64,000 nucleotides of DNA from the NCBI GenBank assembly GCA_008632985.1, contig QPGO01000012.1, positions 620,001 through 684,000 of the forward strand. Reading direction: 5' to 3'. Of this stretch, positions 32,601 to 45,300 are shown piece by piece (position 1 is the stretch's first letter; each line of letters starts with the position of its first letter). The position numbers and the translations under genes are program-made. A model generated the notes under the pieces. The model did no database searches. It was given only the letters and a program-made list of their open reading frames with translations, and was not told the origin of the DNA. The DNA comes from Psammoneis japonica. Lineage: Eukaryota.

Positions 32601-35600
32601 GAGGCAGTGGTAAAAAGCACAGGGCCAGAATCTGATCGGGAGATTGGCGCCAATTAAAATTGCACGAATCGCGTTCTCGACTGTCAAATGTGAGCGTTCC
32701 ACAGGGCCACATTGATTGGAAGTGCCAGCGCCTGATGGGCAAATGTTGCACTGGAATTCTCGTTGGAAGAGGTCACGAACTTTGGGGTTCTTGTGCAATT
32801 CCCCTCCCTGGTCCACAAATGCATGTTTGTCATGACAATTGGCGAGTGTTGATCCAAAAATCGGCGAAGCCACTTGAGAGGACGGCCTTCGAGACTCGTG
32901 CAACACCATGAAGCATGCGTGTTTCATGGTCGTAGACGGTGATCCAACATGTTTCACCATTGTAACCAAGGCAGTCAGAGGTGCGGTCTTCATTCTTGGA
33001 GGCCTGACCAGCGAAAGCAAAATCCACAGTGAGACCTTGATGTGGTTGGGTCACCGTGCGGGTTGAGTTTGGTCCAGTGGGAGTCTTGACTTGTTTCACT
33101 TGGATGCACGTGGGGCAGATGTCAAGAACTGGGTTGGCATGACGGAACTTAGGAACTCCCTTGACACACTTGTGGGCATGGCACAAGTGATGATCGCTGG
33201 GATGTCCAAGGTGTTGGTGCCAAAGGAGATGTTCAGTCTCAACTTTCAAGGAGCGGACCGGGGCAGAACTTGACGGAGGCAATGAACAGTGGGCAATGGA
33301 GTTGCATTGCATCGGAAACAACTCAGCATCTGTCAACCAAGGGTCAGACGGTGTTTGCTGAGCATTGATGTAGAAGATTGCACGTTGGCAGGCATCGTCA
33401 ACATCATCAACAGGTGTCGAGTCAGGAGTTGGAGGCGTGGACAATGCATTTGTCGGAGACGGTGGAACTGGGGGCTGGGCAAATGCTTTCCCATGTCGGA
33501 GGATGCCATGAACAATCACCTCTTGGGCATCAGTTGAAGCAGCACAGGCACACGTTCCATCGGCGCAGGTCTTCTCGAGGGACTCGGAACGAACGGCTTT
33601 TGGTGTAAATCCAGAAGCCCGCGCAAAATCGCATTCATCGATCAAAGTAGAACGGAGACTTTGATGGTAGAAAGTGCAAACAAGCAGGAAACCATCAGCA
33701 TTTGCAGCGGGCACTTGTAGACAACCAAAGCCATGGGGGACCGCATCAGAGCCTTCAGCAGCAGGGAGCATTTTCAAGGGACAGGGATCATCCGAAAAAA
33801 AAATGCAGGCCTTGTAAATGCCATGTGGTGCTTGAACATCATCATCCGGTGGGATTTCTACAGTGGCAAGTTCATTTACAAAGCACTCCACAGTTTCCGT
33901 AGATTCTTCCACAGAAGGAGGAGCAGTTTCCGCAGGACTTTCCGGGGTGATCGGAGGTGGATCTGGCACTTCGTCCTTGGGTGACAAGTCAAGAGCTTGG
34001 AGGGGAGCTGCCAAAGGAGGATTGGCCAGATTCTGGTGATGGAGGCGTCGTGCAGGGCATTTGGGAGGTTCCTTGACACGAAGAGCAGGACTGTCTGGTT
34101 CCTTGAGAATCGCAGCAATCGTCTCGACAATCTTCTTCTGAGTGAACTTGTGTTCCTGACTCTTGTCTTCCCTGGCGGCGACTGTCTTTCGATGCAGGTG
34201 CTTTCCATGTCGAGTGTTGCTGAGAAAGACATCCAGCTCACCAGGATCATCGAGAGAAGCATCAACATTAGAAATGATGGCTCGCAGTTGGAGGAAATCC
34301 CTGAACAGAGCACAGCAACTGAGAATCGTGAGATTGTTTTGGTGTGGGTGGCTCTTGATCAGTTCATGTGGACGCTTGGTCCAGATCGGAAGAACATCGA
34401 ATGGGATCATCTTGAGGGCAGTGTGTCCGTCTCCACAGCATTGGCGAACAATGTCAGGATGCTTGGAATCGGCTGGGAAAATTCCAACCTTCTGAACATG
34501 CTGAAAAAGTGTTGGCTTCATGCGGTCGAGGGGTGCACGCATGCGAAGTGGCAGGTCATCAGTCGGATCGTTGCCACTCGTGAAACCCCAGTTGCCACCA
34601 TCTTCAATGAAACACCAGAGAGGATGCACATGGATCCCACAAGCCGAGGCTTGTTGGGTTGCTGCAGTGTGCCATGCTCGGATTCCTTGAGGTGAATTGT
34701 CGTCACACGTCAAAGGATCACGGAGGAAAGACTTGGCATCCCAATCAGTGTGATGAACAAATGGGGAACCATCGGCAAGAATGACACGTTCAGTGCCGTC
34801 TTCACAAAAGAGATTTCCAGATTTGCAAGGTGCCAGGGACTTCCCCAACACTGCTTTTCCGGATTCCTTGCATTGACAGCAAGCCAGTGCAGCTTTCGGG
34901 AGTCCTTTTGGGTTGAAAGTGCACAAGGCACCAGTCGTTGTCAAGGAAGGAGCCACAGCAGCAGTGGTCCCAGTGGAAAGCGAAGGAGGTGGTGCAGAAG
35001 CCGTGGAGGTCTTCAATGCGTTGGTCACAGCTTGCTCAACTGTTTTGGTCCAGGCAAATGAGCAGCAAAGGCCTTGGCAAAGTCTTCAGGAGTCGGACCT
35101 GCCATGACAGTTGGTTGAGATGCAGATCCTGGAGGAGACGCTGGTGGTGGGTACGGAGCATCAGAAATGTCATCCCAACAAAGACAACTCTCCAAACCAG
35201 GGCAGAAGAAGAGACTGACAGTCCCAACACATGTGGTTGTGGCATCTTGGGCGTCTGAGATGGCTTTGATCATGGCTTTCTGAAGATTGGCGAGATTCAG
35301 ATGGACTGGAGCATCTTGAGGAGCAGCCACGAAGAGGGGAGCTTTGTCAACAAGTGGTCCAATCTGTTTGAGATCCTCAGTCAGGGTGGCCTGAGGTGTG
35401 ATTGGATCATGAACGATCTTGTGATGGATGGTTGCGACTGCATCGGGCTTGAGGCCTGGAGGAGCAAATCTGCCCAGAATGTCTTCAGGATCAGGTGTCA
35501 CATCTGAACAAAGCTCATTCAGGTGAGAGTGGGCATCAGGTGGGCGATTCTGCTGCTTGAATTTGACCTGCATCGTCGTGATCTTGGTCAAATCGACGGA

Positions 35601-35989
35601 AGTTTGTTTGGTCGGTGCCATGGTTGCGCGGGAAAAAAATCAAATTCCCATGTAGAATGCTGGCATGTGATCTATGGTGGTCGTGATGATCACAAATCGA
35701 GTGAGAAAAATGGCTGTGACAAAGATGATGATTTCAACGGAGAAACGTCGCCAAATCACACAGCGAAAGTTGCAACGCAGTTGCATTGAGGAAGAGAAAC
35801 AGTGCACTGCTGCTCATGGCCTTGCGGACTGGCGATGTCGGGACGATCTAACAGATGTCTAGGACAGATGATAATCGTGCACTAGAGATGAGAGAAAGTG
35901 AGCAGAGAGAGATCATCGGATCTCTCAATGCTGTCTGTGCTGCTCTGTCTGAGAGAAGGGAGTGTGCTCCCCATCTCGGATGTCTGTCA
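29674..35989 (-). mobile_element. Full-length degenerate Ty1/Copia LTR retrotransposon (QVDD-type RT)
   Basis: 167-bp LTRs at 29674-29840 and 35823-35989, near TSD ttcct/ttccc, PPT aggggaggg. Domain order gag, LWHQHLGH (GAG-pre-integrase), integrase (DQGGEL, GPVER), RT (ALQGHPEAG, QVDD), RNase H (HIDNSSA..RSRHVDV..ADVLTK). Confidence 0.92.
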
Positions 35990-36099
35990 TTCCCATCCGC
36001 TGATTGGGATCTCACCTTTTTTATTCATTTGCACTTGTCCACATTAATCCCACCGCTGATTGTTGCCCCACGTCCCAAAAATGTCCTTTTTCATGTGCC

Positions 36100-39000
36100 C
36101 GCTGTAGCCAACAATCAACCAGCCCGACCGGCACATGTTCATGGATCAACCAGAAAATCCATTGTGTGTTCTGTTGATTCACTCACATGCAGCAACACTT
36201 GCATTTTTCAATTGCAAGGTGTGCATTTGATGTGTTCATGTCATTGGTTTTCACAACACATTGTGGCGGCAGTCAGCATGGTGCAGCAATCATCAACGCA
36301 TGCTCTGCATTGAGTCAACCGAATCATGTCAAAAATGCTTTGTCCATCCTGCGATCCTTCCACAGCCTTTCCACCATGTCAACTTCTGACCACTGCATTT
36401 TTTGCAAAGTTGACTGGGGGAAATCGCCGCAGGCTCTGTGCAGCCTCCATTGCCTCTTTCCGCATTGACCATGGGGCTGATTCTGCCGCCTTCACCGTCC
36501 CCTCCTGCCCAAGACAAGTTGTCCAACTCTGCAGACCCCACTGATGAATGATGAATGTTTGGAAGATGGCGACGTTGATCTGAAGTTTCGCTTTGGCACA
36601 ATGAACCAAGTGTGAATCATGTTGTTTGCACGCCATTGTTGTCTGCCAAGGAAGCATGCTCTCGCCTTGGACACTCCCTTGGGTGCTCACTTGCTGCTGC
36701 AGATGTCAATGGTGAAGTGGATTTTCCATCCAATGCAACCAGCAGCAGTTCTGTTATTGGCGCAGAAGAATCTTGTGACTCTGATGACGCATCCACCGGT
36801 TCTGCTGATTCTGGCTCCATGGAATCGCTGCCAGAGGCAATCCCTTTTGCTGACGATGACCTTGCCAAAGATTTGTTCAATGACAGTGGTCACCTTGATG
36901 ACAATGACAAATGCAACAACACAGATGACGCCACAGGCGATGCCGTAACTGACACTGTTTGTCCAAGAAAAACAAAAGCCGGCTCTTTGAAGAAATGCGG
37001 CGCGCCATTTCTGACTGCTCTTTGCACTTTATTTTGTTGCATGTTGAGTTGCTAATTTCCTTTTTCCTTGTTTGCAAGTCATTGAGACAGATGATGATGC
37101 AATTGTTTTTGCAAGTGGCAACGGACAACATTGCATCACCAAAACTCAATTTGAGAGGACAACAGAAACTCAAAGGGCAAGGAAGGCCTTTCTTTCTGCT
37201 CTTGTTTGGAAGCCCACCCCTGACTTTCCAGCACTTCCTCATTTGTGGCACAATCCCAAGAATGGTCTCTGCCACTTTTTTGAGCAAGTTGTCTCTGTCA
37301 ACGACATCATCGGTAAATCTCTTGGTTGCATCTGCAGTTTCCATTACATTCGAAGCCGTGGTTGGACTTGCAAGCTGGAAAAGAAGAAGGGGAAGGCCAC
37401 TGGGGGCTGTGTTCTGCAGTGCCAGAAAGTGGTGGAGAGGCCTTCAACAACCTGGAGTGCTGCAAAAAGAACCTTGTGGCCATGATTGACTTCATGCACC
37501 ATTTTGTCCAGTCTGAAAGTCTCTGCAACCACACAACGTTCCTGAAGAAGAGCAGTTTCATTGCCAAGGCCAACTTTGTGGCACAGATTCAGAGCATCGC
37601 CGCATCCATCATGGAGACTCTTTTCCTGCCACACATCGACACTGAAAGGGGCAACACCCACTTTTGGTCCAAATTAGTTTTTTCTCAGTGCTCGAAACCA
37701 AAGACCTTTTTGCTCGTAGCAAACAATCTCCTGCAAGCAGTCGACACTGAAGCTGAACTTAAATCAGGCAATGCAGTGAAGAACCTGCTGAAGACAGGCC
37801 CAGGTTCTGTCAGGGACCTGGTCAAAGACAAGGTCAGTTGTCAAAAAAGAGCACATCTTTGTTGCAAGTTGGTTGAAGAGCAGATGCAAAGCACATTTTC
37901 AAAGAACTGCAACAATCTCAACCGGCACAAAATGAAGAATTTGGCAATCGTGCGCTCGCGGGTTCACGATTTGATGTGTGGGCACCTCAAGCCAAAGCAG
38001 AAAGAAGACTTCACCTCTTCCACTTGGATTGGTTTGACTCAGAAGGACCCATCCTAAAGGCTCTGTGACCACCAAAGGTCAGTGTGTTTTCTGTCAGGGC
38101 CGTCATCCTGCATCTTTTTGTGTTTTCAAACTAATTTCTGGCTGCCACTGATTTTTCTGTTGGAACACAAGGATCCCTTTCTCCATTAAAAAGAAAGGCT
38201 GTCATGGACCTGGCTTCCAGCCGTCACTCTGTTGATCCCACCACCCGCCCCAATGCCAAGTTCCCCCCACTTGGCAAACTTGTGCATGACGTCGATGAAG
38301 ACGAAGATGATGCCCTGTCCGCAGCTGATGATGAGTCTCACCCCATGCCTGTTGCTCTCCGTCCTGCGACCCCTTTTTCTCCCGTGTCTCTGGACGACTG
38401 GGAAATTTGCTTTCCACCTGACTGCCAATGCCCAGTCCCCAGCCTGAGAGAAATCGCCAAGCTCAAACATTTCACCAGGTCAAACAATGCTCTGTTCAGA
38501 TGACAAGCTGTTTTTAAAACATTTTTCCGGTCTCAAACTTCATTTCGGTGCATTGGCGCATTTTGTTCTGGAGTGTGGCACCATCGATGAGAAACATGAT
38601 GAGGGTTTTCCCAGAGGACCTGTGCACAATTGTTGAGTTGACTTTGGCTGTTGCAGACAGAACTGGGTTGTTGGACCCGACCGTGCACCACAGCAATCTC
38701 CTTTGTGTGGCTTTGACATGTTTGATTCTGACTCGGATGAAGATGCAGAATTTCTTCTCCAAGTGAAGGCCACGTCAGCCAATGCTTTCGATTGCATGCA
38801 GCACTGCCAGGATGAATTGTGCGTCAAATGTTTTGACCTGCCACCATCCTGCAACAGCAAGGAGAGGACTCAAATGTTCGGCCAACAAGCACAAGATGCA
38901 CTTGATGCTGAACATGCCACAAACAAGCTTCACATGCTCCAGCTAAATGACATGAGCCGTGGTGGCAGGACATGTGATCACAAGGACATGTGATCACAAG

Positions 39001-39300
39001 GATGAACAGGACTGCTGTTGGTTCACGCACAGAGACACAGGGTGTCTCTGCTTGTTGGGCAATGACAAGGTGGGAGACACTTGGTCGTTGAAAGCTTTGT
39101 CAAACAGCCGGGACAAGGCTGGAAATTGCTGCATTGACAAATGCGGCATGAGAGACCTTGAGGCAAGGGTTGGCATTTTTGCTCGTGCCATTGACTGCAA
39201 TTGCAACTGATTCATCAGGGAATGCTGTGGTCTGATGTGTCTCCGGAAGGAATGGAACATCATTTGTGAAGGCTCAAGTGTTCTGGTTTGCAAGTTGATG
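36100..39300 (+). pseudogene. Degenerate ORF remnants of unknown function inside the DNA-transposon block
   Basis: Long, biased coding-like stretches (e.g. 37326-38057, 38703-39210) with acidic tracts, broken by stops and frameshifts. No family recognised. Confidence 0.3.
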
Positions 39301-39303
39301 AAT

Positions 39304-42300
39304 TGAATGAATGCCACCATGACAGCCAAGAATTGGGTGTAAGACAAGACAGAGTGTTGAGCAGCATCAACAGGTTCTAGAATTGTGAGATGTTGTGCTG
39401 CTGGGGCCACCAATTGAGCGACAGTGGACCAATCGCCAATGGCACATAAACTGCCTGTGTTCATGACAGCATGTCAGCATTTGTTCAGTCTCCCCTCGAA
39501 CCAACACCAGCTCCGCTCGGGTCAGATCGACAGACAAGTGCAACCTGATGCTGCCCCATTCCAGGGCAGTGATTGCATTTTGGGGGTGGGAAAAGCCGCG
39601 CCTGTGCGGCAAACCCATTCGGTTTGTCCCCTTTTGGGACTTACCACAGGACATGACTCATGATTTCCCGGAGCTTCGGTCCAGGCAACAACTTGGTTAG
39701 TGCATCCGCTAGATTCGTGCGTCCGTCTTCCCAAGCAATGCGCACTGTTCCAGCGGCTTGTGCCTCACGAGTCCTGTGACAGGCAATTGCATTGTGCTTC
39801 TTCTTCAAAGTGGACTCTGGTTTAGTTGAGTTCTTGAAGACAGCTTCATTGTCGCAGAAAACGTCAGTGGCCCCATCCATGGGGATTCCGAGCATCCGAA
39901 GCTTGCAACGCAAGGCTTCAATTTGCTCCACTGCAGTTTTCACAGCCACGAACTCTGACCCAAAAGCAGAGGACTCTACGGCATTCTGCCGCTTAGAGTG
40001 ACACAAGATGGGCGCTTGTTGGACAAAGATCAGGATCCCAGTGTGGGACCTGCGCATCACACGGCATCCGGCGTGATCAGCATCGACAAAGCAAGTGGCA
40101 GTCACGCCATTCCCGCGTGCCTCCGGCACATTCGGCGGCATTGGTTCAGCCGCGCCAGGGCAATGTTCTTCCCAATCACACTTGGCAAAGCGACTCTCGT
40201 CAAAGACGGGCTCAGTGTCGTTGAACACTGGCGCAGACTTAGAATGAGCCTTCAAGCATGCAAAGACATGGAGCACCTCGTCCAGGTGTCCAACTCGTGG
40301 TGCCGCCAAGCAGGAGGACATGAGCGAGACAGCGACAAAAATGTCCACTCGCCCCAGTTCAACCACCCACCGTAGCACACCAATGAGGCCTTGACAGCAG
40401 TTGGCCGTTTTGGCGTTCAACTCAGGTGAACCGTCCAGTTCAGGCCTGTGTCCCGAGCTCAAGGGTGTCGACGCCTTCGTCGGAAGACGCCTGTCAGTTT
40501 TCTTGAGCTCTAATTCAACGTCAGCTGATGCCCTTTTGACACAAAGGTCAGAGGACATAGCCCAGCGTGTCTCACCGTCCGAGTCAGACAGCTGGAACTT
40601 TCTGATCTGGGCGCCTGAGTGCTCCTCCGGCTCGCAGACGCTTCCGTCCTTGAGCGTGTGCCCAGAGCTCATGTAATCCATGACCTTCTGAGGTTCATGG
40701 GAGACGCACAACAAGTCGTCCACGTAGACAAGTGCATGTTCCCAGTGCTTGAAGCCACCCGGCTTAACCGCAGCCCGCATCCAGACATCCGGGTCAGCCT
40801 TGCAAGACTCGAACCCAGCGCCCCGCAGAGCAGCTGCCACATGCTCCCTAAATCTTGCACCTGAAGATTTGAGACCATGCAAGGCACGGACAATGATCAC
40901 CGGCCTTCCTTTGTTCTGCTTCCCAAATTCCAGGCCAGCAGCAGTGTGACACTTCTCCCCAGTGTGTGCGTTCAAGCAGGCATTCTGAATGTCAGCACTC
41001 AGGACCTCCAGGTCATTCAGAGCTGCTGCAGTGAATGCCATCCTAATGCTGTCACGCGACACCACGCTGGAATGTGTCGATTCCTTAGGTGGATCGGTTT
41101 GATGGCCTCCGACCACGAACCTCGCTTTACGTTGGAGAGTGCTCTTGATGTCAAAGTTCATGTGACAGTCAATGTGTTTGTGCCCGACCGGCACAGTGTC
41201 GTCATCGCGGAATTCGAACGCAGGCATGACGTTGCGCATTTCCTTCTCGATGGCTTTGAACCAGAAGTCGGTCCCGTTCTGTTGTCTGTCTCCATGGCTT
41301 CCTTGACAGATTTCGGGAGTTCAATTCCGAATTTATGCGCACGTTTCCAGTGACGCGACTTGACTTTCTTCAGGATCCTCGACCTGCGACGCAAGACGTC
41401 TCGGACCCACCAGTTAAAGGCTGGTTCACTGGCTACTTTGTTTGCTGCAGCGCACTCAGCAACCTCGACTGGATTGGACTCCTTCAAATCCTTGAGAGGA
41501 ACCCAGGATGCAGTCCCATCCTTCCATTCGACTTGCAGGTCCCAGCCCACTGTCGTCCTCCTGGGAGCACGCCTGCCAGTCTCAGTCGTTGTGCACCCGT
41601 CATCGGCCGTTACGGCACGGGCATCACGTCGGTGATCGACTGTTTCCTTCATGATCTGGTGGGCATTCCCTTCAGAGTCGATCTGAGCGAACAGGTTCTC
41701 TGCAATCACGTCAGCAGCACAGGAATCAGTGGATCCGTCAGGGAATTCCACGTCGTAAATCCTCGAGTCTAGGACAGGGTTGTCGTTCCCAGTGCCGACA
41801 GGAACCCCGTCGCTATCTCGCTTGCGTGCAATGACCCTAGCATGAGTCAGCTCGCCTCCTCGTGGTAACATGACTTGAGCCGTGAGATGTTCATCTAGCC
41901 CTTCCGGGGTGTGCTCATCAGCTTCCGGTTTGGAAGCGTCAGGTTCCACGGGTTCAACGGCATCGTCCCAGTCGTCCATGAAGTCATCAGGGAGTTCAGG
42001 GAAGTCAGCACTGGCATCCTTTTCCGGGACGCTAAGCCGTTCGATCAAAGCTTGATCGACCGATGCAAGATCCGTCTGGATCGCCGGAGTTTTAAGGTCA
42101 TCCTCCGGCATGGCCCATGCATCCTTCCGGATGATGGGTTTGCCTGATTCAGGCAAAATGATGAATGCCACATCGTCAGTGCAGTTGTCAGCTACCCCGA
42201 GCCAACGGCCAATGCACTTCTTTTCGTGTGGGAACTCCGCCACAGGCATGCAGCAGTGCACAGGTTGACACCAATCAAAGAGAGAGAGGGAAGAGATGTC

Positions 42301-45300
42301 GGGTGTCGAACCTGTCACCTCCTCTTCTGGGACTCATCCTCCCATGTCCGACATGCCAGTCGCAATCATGCGTCGGATGTCACATGTCCATTTGGTGCTG
42401 TGAGACCAAAGTCGCCTGTGAGCGCCAGTCCGGCGTAGAGTCACACGGACTCTTTTCTTCAACTCATGAATGGATGCCTCGGCTGGGTTCTGCCAGGGGC
42501 TGCATGGGGTGGACACCTCCTGGTGTGTCCTGTGTTCCTTGCAGATCTCCTTGGTCTGGCCTTCCGCCATTTCCGGCGCGCCATCCGACACAAGGACCTG
42601 CGGCACGCCAACATCATGTGCAAATGACATGACGGCGTCTGGGTGGTCCTGTTTCCTCTTCCAAGGACAGAACCTGTCACACCCTCTTCTGTTGGTAAAT
42701 GCGCTTCCTCCCATCTCACCATGTGTCGATTTGACCTTCGAAAACATCTGGTCGGAGTAGAACCGTCCCTTGATCGCAGGGAACTCAAGCCAAGGGGCTT
42801 TCTTCCGGACTTTCCATTCGGATGGTGTGCAGACATTGCAGACCCCTGCCTGGGTCGTCACTCTAAGGGTGTTCTCAGCGGCCGTCAGGCCAATGTTCCA
42901 CCTTTTAGAGAGCATCTCGGGCGTGACAGTCAATGCACAATTCGAGGTCGAAAGTGCATGCACCCGTTTCCGCTCGGCACAATCCGGGTGGACATCTGAG
43001 TCATGCCGGTCGTGGAGCCCGTCTCCCTCAGTGTCGTTGTGGGAGACATTTGCCTGAGCAACCAGGCGGCGATGCAATGAATCGTCGTCATCAGCATCCA
43101 CAATGACATTGTCATCGTGATGGGACATTTGGTGTGAATGAATGGAAGCGACACACCTGGTCGCATTCATCATCGTCGACCGTCCGTCCGACTTTGCTGA
43201 TCCTTGGCGCACACTGGCACATGCATGAGCTTCCTCCTTTTGCGCCAGGGCATCAGCAGAAGGCTCCCATTTCAGGGGTGATGTGAGTTCCAGCCGGGGG
43301 AGGTTCTCCAGATCCTCCTTTGTCGGCTTGTGTGAATCAAAGACTGAAGCAACACCTCGCACTTGCAATGGCATCCTGATGTTGAGTCAGGGAAAGAAAC
43401 AGAGTGTGTGCCAGTTGATCAAACTGGCGAGGGGCATCGTGGACAGTCAGCCCATTCGCTCGCAGTTGGTTGGGGCACAGGAGGGTGTCAGTCATCTTGT
43501 CCCCGAAAAACATGGCCTCGTTGACTGACAGCAGGTGTGGTTGTCCATCAGTTGGATCAACCCACACGGTGGCAGCTGTGCAAATGGGAATGTTTTCCAT
43601 TGGTGCACACTCTTCGGAGCAGGGGTGAACCACGACAGTTCTGTCGATGTCAGAGCACATCACAAAATTGGACCCAACAGCACACGTGTCAGCGTGCGAG
43701 TCCAAATCAGTGGTGGCTTCGTCATCTGAATTTCCAGCAGATGACAAAGAGACATGCACATCCTTTGAGAATCGCCTGGACAAATGGACAGTGCCAGCAG
43801 GTGCAGTGACAATTGGTTCCATGCCTTTCAGTGCTGGCACAACTGTTCATTCCTCCTTCTGAGGTTTCTTGTGCGCACTGCGTCCGAACTGGGTGCCTGC
43901 ATTGGCGGCAGGTTTGTCAGGCTCTTCGGAGTCTTTCAGTGCATCAGCAGGTTGAGAAGCAGGCTCAGCAACAGCCGCTTTCTTTACGGCACGAGTTTTG
44001 GTGTCGACCGACTCAGCCTCCGAGGACGCAGCAGCAGCTTTGCGTTTCTTCTCGGCCTTCTTGGCATCGCGGAGCTTTTGGACTTGCTCTCGTTCGGGAC
44101 CGTCAAGAGCACTCCACTCTTCGACAGGATGATGGCCTGCCCAGATTCTGGGCTTGTCCTTTTTAGGTTGGTGCTTCCGCCAGGGTTGGTGCGCCGATTG
44201 TTGCGGCGTTGGATGGATGCAACCCCGCGAGTGTCAGCATTGCGGTTCTTGGCATTCTCGACCAGAGTTTTCATGTGCTGCTGGCATGCCTCAAAGTCCG
44301 CTGGCTTTGTTGGGTCTCCATCCACTGCGCTCTTGCCAGTTTCCAACCTGGGGTCGGAGACACCCTTCAGAAAGTCAGAGACCTTCTTGGTCTCGGCTGC
44401 CGGTTCGTCAAGCTCAGACAAGTCGTTGTGAGCTTTTTGATGACGCTGAATGCACTGGTCAAATGTAAATCGACCCCGTCCGGTGTACTTTGCGGCAGCA
44501 ATTTGTGCATGAGCACGGTTCTTTCGGGCAGTGGCGGCAGCCGATCCTTCCGCTTGCCTCTCAAGTGCGAAGAAGGCAGTGCGACCATCGCGACTGCGAT
44601 TGGAAGGTTTGACAAAAGCCCATCCGGGCCCCCCTGTCACCAACTTCTTCAAGAGGTCACACAGGCATTGTCCCATCCTGTGTGTGCTGAGCTCCTGCAA
44701 GACGGGCAGCAGCAATGAGGTCCTGGTCAATGGCAGTGCAGGTGGCAGCCAACATCTCGGCGGTGACACCTTCATGTTCCCCAGTTGGGTGGATGAGGGG
44801 CACTCCGGTGACGGCACTGTGGTGGTGATGCAGTTCGGTCTCCAACAGCTCCTGGAAGGCAGGCCAGTCACATGGGTTCTTGAGTTCCATGGCAGTTTTG
44901 GCAGCTGATTCGTCATCCGAGTCGGCGGACTTGAGTTGCTCCAGTTCCGTCAGACGTGCCGTCCATGTCCCAATGACGTTGCCAGCGAAGAGAGCAGCGG
45001 TCGGCTCTTGGTTCCGGGCTCTGCGGCAGTCAATCCATGCGCGCAGTGCCTTTAGCTTACGATTCGCCAGGTGTGGAAAGCGGACTTGAGGGTCAGCGGC
45101 GGCATCCACACTCTTCATGGTGCCCTTTGTCATGTCGGCAATTTCAGTCAAAGGGACCTGTTCCAGGTCCTCGACAGTGGTCAAGCCTTGACGGGCTGTG
45201 TGGGTGCACGTCTGTGCATTGTATCCACAACGCGTAAGACAGGCGGTAAAGGCTGCGGCAGCGGCCATGGTGTGTCAGCAGTTATTCGCGTTTCGACGCG

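Noticed and set aside
39641..41239. Alternative genetic code explaining Tyr/Cys/His swaps
   Set aside because: Neighbouring host genes translate with normal conserved Tyr under the standard code.
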